A stretch of 61,767 nt of DNA, from IMG/VR virus record IMGVR_UViG_3300046532_001253, positions 1-61,767 of that record; one strand, 5' to 3'. Positions within the stretch are counted from its first letter, which is position 1, and every line of letters starts with the position of its first letter. Below, one piece after another: positions 58,804-61,767 of this stretch. Both the position numbers and the translations under genes were made by a program. A model generated the notes under the pieces. It saw nothing but the letters and a program-made list of their open reading frames with translations. It ran no database searches and was not told the origin of the DNA. Source of the stretch: a virus (Duplodnaviria > Caudoviricetes).

Positions 58804-61500
58804 ATGGCTGACGGACTAACACCAGAACAAATATCAAGAGCGTTTCTTGATGCAATGCGTGAATATAATTCCGGTGGAAACCTACCCGGTGCAGGTGGTG
58901 CTGGTGGTGGTAGATCGACTGGACCAAATGTGGGCCCACCTGCCGCTGATATGTCTGGGTTAATCAAGCAAGTAAAAGAATATACTGACAAAGTTAAAAA
59001 AGGCAACGGAGCATTAGACAGTTATACACGTATGATGCAACTTGCGGGTGGCAACTACGTTGATGTTAGTCAACAGCTTGGCCAAATGGATTCTGCTATT
59101 AAAAAAGCTAAGGATTCAGAAGATCTTAATACTCAAGCTAAATTAGAAAATACAAAAGCCGCATTAGTAAACGCGGCTGAGATTAAAAATGTTAATGCGG
59201 CTTTAAAAACTGTTGCGGCAACCACATTAAAATCTATAATTGCCGCGGCACCAGCTCTTGGAAACTTTGTTAAAGGGTTACAATCAGGTACTGATTCAAA
59301 TGCATTAGCTACTGGAATAATGGGCGCCGGTATTGATATGGCGGCTGGTGCAATAGGTGGGGCCGCCGCGGCGGCATCTGGTGCAGGTTCTGCAATGGCA
59401 GGTCTTCCTGGTCCGGCTGGCAAAGTTGGTAAAGCCTTATCGGTTCTTGGACCACTAGTAGGTATGGCCGGTAATGCAATGTCGGCAATGGCTAAAACCG
59501 GTCTGTCTGTTATGGCAAAAGAAGTTGCACGTACTACTGACACATTTCTAACAGCATCTAGGTCAGGGGCAATTTTTGCTGATGGCATGACTGGTATGAA
59601 AAATGCCGCATTAGGCGCTGGCCTTACAACCGAACAATACAGTAAAGTTCTACAACAAAATAGTTCAACATTAGCGGCCGCCGGTGTTGGTGTAGCAGAA
59701 GGTACACTATTACTTGGTGCTACAATGAAAAAAGGCGGCGACAGCATGCGCCGCGAGATGTTAAATTTAGGATATAGTTACGAAGAGCAAGGCGGATTAG
59801 TTGCTGAAGTTATGGCAAACATGCGTCAAAGTGGTAAAGCACTAACACAAGGCGACACAGCCGCTATTGCAGACCAAACTAGAAAATATGCAGAAAACTT
59901 AAGAATTGTTTCATCTATAACAGGTGAAGATGCTAAAAAGAAAATGGATCAGGTTAAAGCTGAAGCTCAGCAGTTAGCCATGCAACAAAAACTTGCTGAA
60001 ATGGATGCTACCCAGCGTGATAATGTCATTAATGCAATGGCAAATATGAGCGATCAACAGCGTAAAAACTTCCAAGAAACTTTAATCTTTGGTCAAGTTA
60101 TTAATAAAGAAGGCGCCGCGTTAGAAGCAACAAGTTCGGCATACGCCGCTAGTACAACTGCAATGGTTGCCGCCGCTAATAAAGGCACCTTAGACGCTGA
60201 ATCCGCAAGAAAAATTATTGCGGCCTCAAGCGAACAAATTAAGAAAGACTTATTATCACAAAAAGAAATTGGCATGGCTGGCATGGCTGGAGTGGGTGGG
60301 CTATCTCAATCACTGTCAGATGCAATGGGCAAAGAATTATTATATAGAAATAAATTTAACACCGATGCTATTGCGGCGGCGACTAAAGCCACTAAAGACG
60401 CTAAAGTAACAGAAGATAAGCTAACAACTACAGTAACTGATAATATGACGATTGCTCAAGATTTAGCTCTTAAGATGCAATCAGCACTAGAATCGTTATT
60501 ACCTCACTTTACAACATATCAAAACAAAACACTATCAGCAGTTCAAGATATTGTTAATGCAGTATCGAAGTTTACAAAGTCAGAAGAAGGTCAAAACGAG
60601 GACGGCAGTGACAAAGACTGGGTTGAAAAGCAAATGAATAAAGTTGGCCTTTCAAAACAAACAGAAGAAAATGCTGGTGTTGGTGGAGCTCTTAAAGGTG
60701 CCGCAAGTGGAGCAATGACTGGTGCGATGATAGGATCACTTGTTCCTGTTGTTGGTACTGCAATTGGTGCCGCAGTTGGTGGCATCATTGGCGGAGCATT
60801 AGGTTGGTTTAGTAAAGGTAGCTCCGACGGAGGTATTGTTACAGGGGCCGACGAAGGATTCTTACATAAGTTACACGGAACAGAGTTAATTGTCCCGCTT
60901 GACAGTGGCGTACCAAGAGAAGGGTCAAAAGGTTACGAACATGCAATGAAACTATTTAATAACGGCAAAGAAGAAGCAGGTGGTGCCGGTAAAGTAGTTG
61001 AGAGTGCGTGGGGATGGGCTAAATCCGCATTAGGATTTGGTGGCGATAAAAAGAATAAACCCGGAGAAGTTAAAGAATCAAGTGGCGTAACCGAAGCATT
61101 AGCACTAGCGGCAAATGCAATCCCAGTTGTTGGTGCAATCACATCAGGCATAAAAGCAATTAGTAGTTGGTTTGGCGGTGGAGATGACAAAGAAACTGTA
61201 TCTGCTAAGTCTGTTACAGGCACCGATGAAGAGCCCGCAGGAGGATTACTGTCTGGATTAATATCTAAAGTAACAGCTATAGCTGACCAAGCACAAATTA
61301 AATTAGGGTTAAAAGAAGACGATACTGCTGACACCGCAGTTGATGGTGAAGTACAAATACTTGCAAACGATAATTTAAAAACTCTACTAGAAGAACAATT
61401 AATGGTATTGCACCAACTAAATGAACACTTAATGATTATGTCTAACACTACAGTAGATGGTGTTGGTTATCAAAAGCAATTAGTTGAGAACAGTTGGTAA
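58804..61500 (+). CDS. Tape-measure-like protein
   Basis: Long Ala/Gly-rich helical protein with a GAMIGSLVPVVGTAIGAAVGGIIGG hydrophobic segment and a GGIV...LHGTE motif; adjacent to the chaperone gene. Confidence 0.7.
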   Translation: MADGLTPEQISRAFLDAMREYNSGGNLPGAGGAGGGRSTGPNVGPPAADMSGLIKQVKEYTDKVKKGNGALDSYTRMMQLAGGNYVDVSQQLGQMDSAIKKAKDSEDLNTQAKLENTKAALVNAAEIKNVNAALKTVAATTLKSIIAAAPALGNFVKGLQSGTDSNALATGIMGAGIDMAAGAIGGAAAAASGAGSAMAGLPGPAGKVGKALSVLGPLVGMAGNAMSAMAKTGLSVMAKEVARTTDTFLTASRSGAIFADGMTGMKNAALGAGLTTEQYSKVLQQNSSTLAAAGVGVAEGTLLLGATMKKGGDSMRREMLNLGYSYEEQGGLVAEVMANMRQSGKALTQGDTAAIADQTRKYAENLRIVSSITGEDAKKKMDQVKAEAQQLAMQQKLAEMDATQRDNVINAMANMSDQQRKNFQETLIFGQVINKEGAALEATSSAYAASTTAMVAAANKGTLDAESARKIIAASSEQIKKDLLSQKEIGMAGMAGVGGLSQSLSDAMGKELLYRNKFNTDAIAAATKATKDAKVTEDKLTTTVTDNMTIAQDLALKMQSALESLLPHFTTYQNKTLSAVQDIVNAVSKFTKSEEGQNEDGSDKDWVEKQMNKVGLSKQTEENAGVGGALKGAASGAMTGAMIGSLVPVVGTAIGAAVGGIIGGALGWFSKGSSDGGIVTGADEGFLHKLHGTELIVPLDSGVPREGSKGYEHAMKLFNNGKEEAGGAGKVVESAWGWAKSALGFGGDKKNKPGEVKESSGVTEALALAANAIPVVGAITSGIKAISSWFGGGDDKETVSAKSVTGTDEEPAGGLLSGLISKVTAIADQAQIKLGLKEDDTADTAVDGEVQILANDNLKTLLEEQLMVLHQLNEHLMIMSNTTVDGVGYQKQLVENSW

Positions 61501-61506
61501 AAAATA

Positions 61507-61513
61507 ATAAATA
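61507..61513 (+). promoter_or_regulatory. Late promoter box (ATAAATA) for the portal gene
   Basis: Intergenic, ~30 nt upstream of ATG 61542. Confidence 0.55.
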
Positions 61514-61541
61514 CATACATAATGATACGGATGAATAACAC

Positions 61542-61767
61542 ATGAGTTGGAAAAAATATTTTAAATCTTCTAGTATGCCAGGTAATATGTCTGGTGCTAT
61601 GAGTCCTATCAGTGGTGGAGAACAAGCACCACAAGATCCCGGGTATGCAAATTACCAAAGTAGACTTCCTGAAGTATATGTTGGACACCCTAATCGTGTT
61701 GAGCGTTATAATCAATATGAACAAATGGATCTTGACAGCGAAGTTAATGCCGCTTTAGATATTATTT
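61542..61767 (+). CDS. Portal vertex protein (T4 gp20-like), N-terminal part; not in ORF track
   Basis: MSWKKYF...NRVERYNQYEQMDLDSEVNAALDII matches the gp20 N-terminal 'Y..M...EV..A.D.I' pattern; runs off the right edge. Confidence 0.8.
   Translation, partial: MSWKKYFKSSSMPGNMSGAMSPISGGEQAPQDPGYANYQSRLPEVYVGHPNRVERYNQYEQMDLDSEVNAALDII

Noticed and set aside
58719-61724. Minus-strand ORFs 58719-59006, 59133-59747, 60933-61448 and 61470-61724
   Set aside because: Antisense to the tape-measure and portal genes; open frames are expected opposite Ala/Gly-rich codons.
1-61767. Alternative genetic code (stop-codon reassignment), tRNA or rRNA genes
   Set aside because: Genes are intact in the standard code and end in TAA, TAG and TGA; no cloverleaf or rRNA signature was seen in the few intergenic gaps.

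Overview
AT-rich segment of a large T4-like (contractile-tailed) bacteriophage genome in the standard genetic code. (1) <1-16275, minus strand: a tightly coupled ~16 kb enzyme operon, driven by a near-consensus sigma70 promoter hidden inside the terminator of the upstream structural operon. It encodes an acyl carrier protein, three glycosyltransferase-like proteins, a MIP18/SufT Fe-S maturation factor, six radical SAM enzymes with N-terminal SPASM/twitch domains, a 2OG-Fe(II) oxygenase, two SGNH-like proteins, small membrane proteins, two unannotated micro-ORFs and a NodU/CmcH carbamoyltransferase. (2) 16378-48590, minus strand: fibre and baseplate genes, including paralogous modular fibres, a collagen-like fibre, a 4481-aa wedge protein and gp6, gp25, gp5, gp27, gp53 and gp48/54-like proteins, marked by ATAAATA late-promoter boxes. 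(3) 48660-57106, plus strand: gp55 late sigma factor, gp47 and gp46 with three more radical SAM genes between and after them, and a GIY-YIG nuclease followed by a ~480-nt highly structured non-coding region. (4) 57583-61767: a gp26-like chaperone with a likely programmed -1 frameshift, a tape-measure-like protein and the start of the portal gene. The best candidates for undescribed biology are the radical-SAM/glycosyl/acyl/carbamoyl tailoring pathway, the structured RNA or origin next to the GIY-YIG gene, and the frameshift. All product calls come from motif recognition by eye; no database searches were run.
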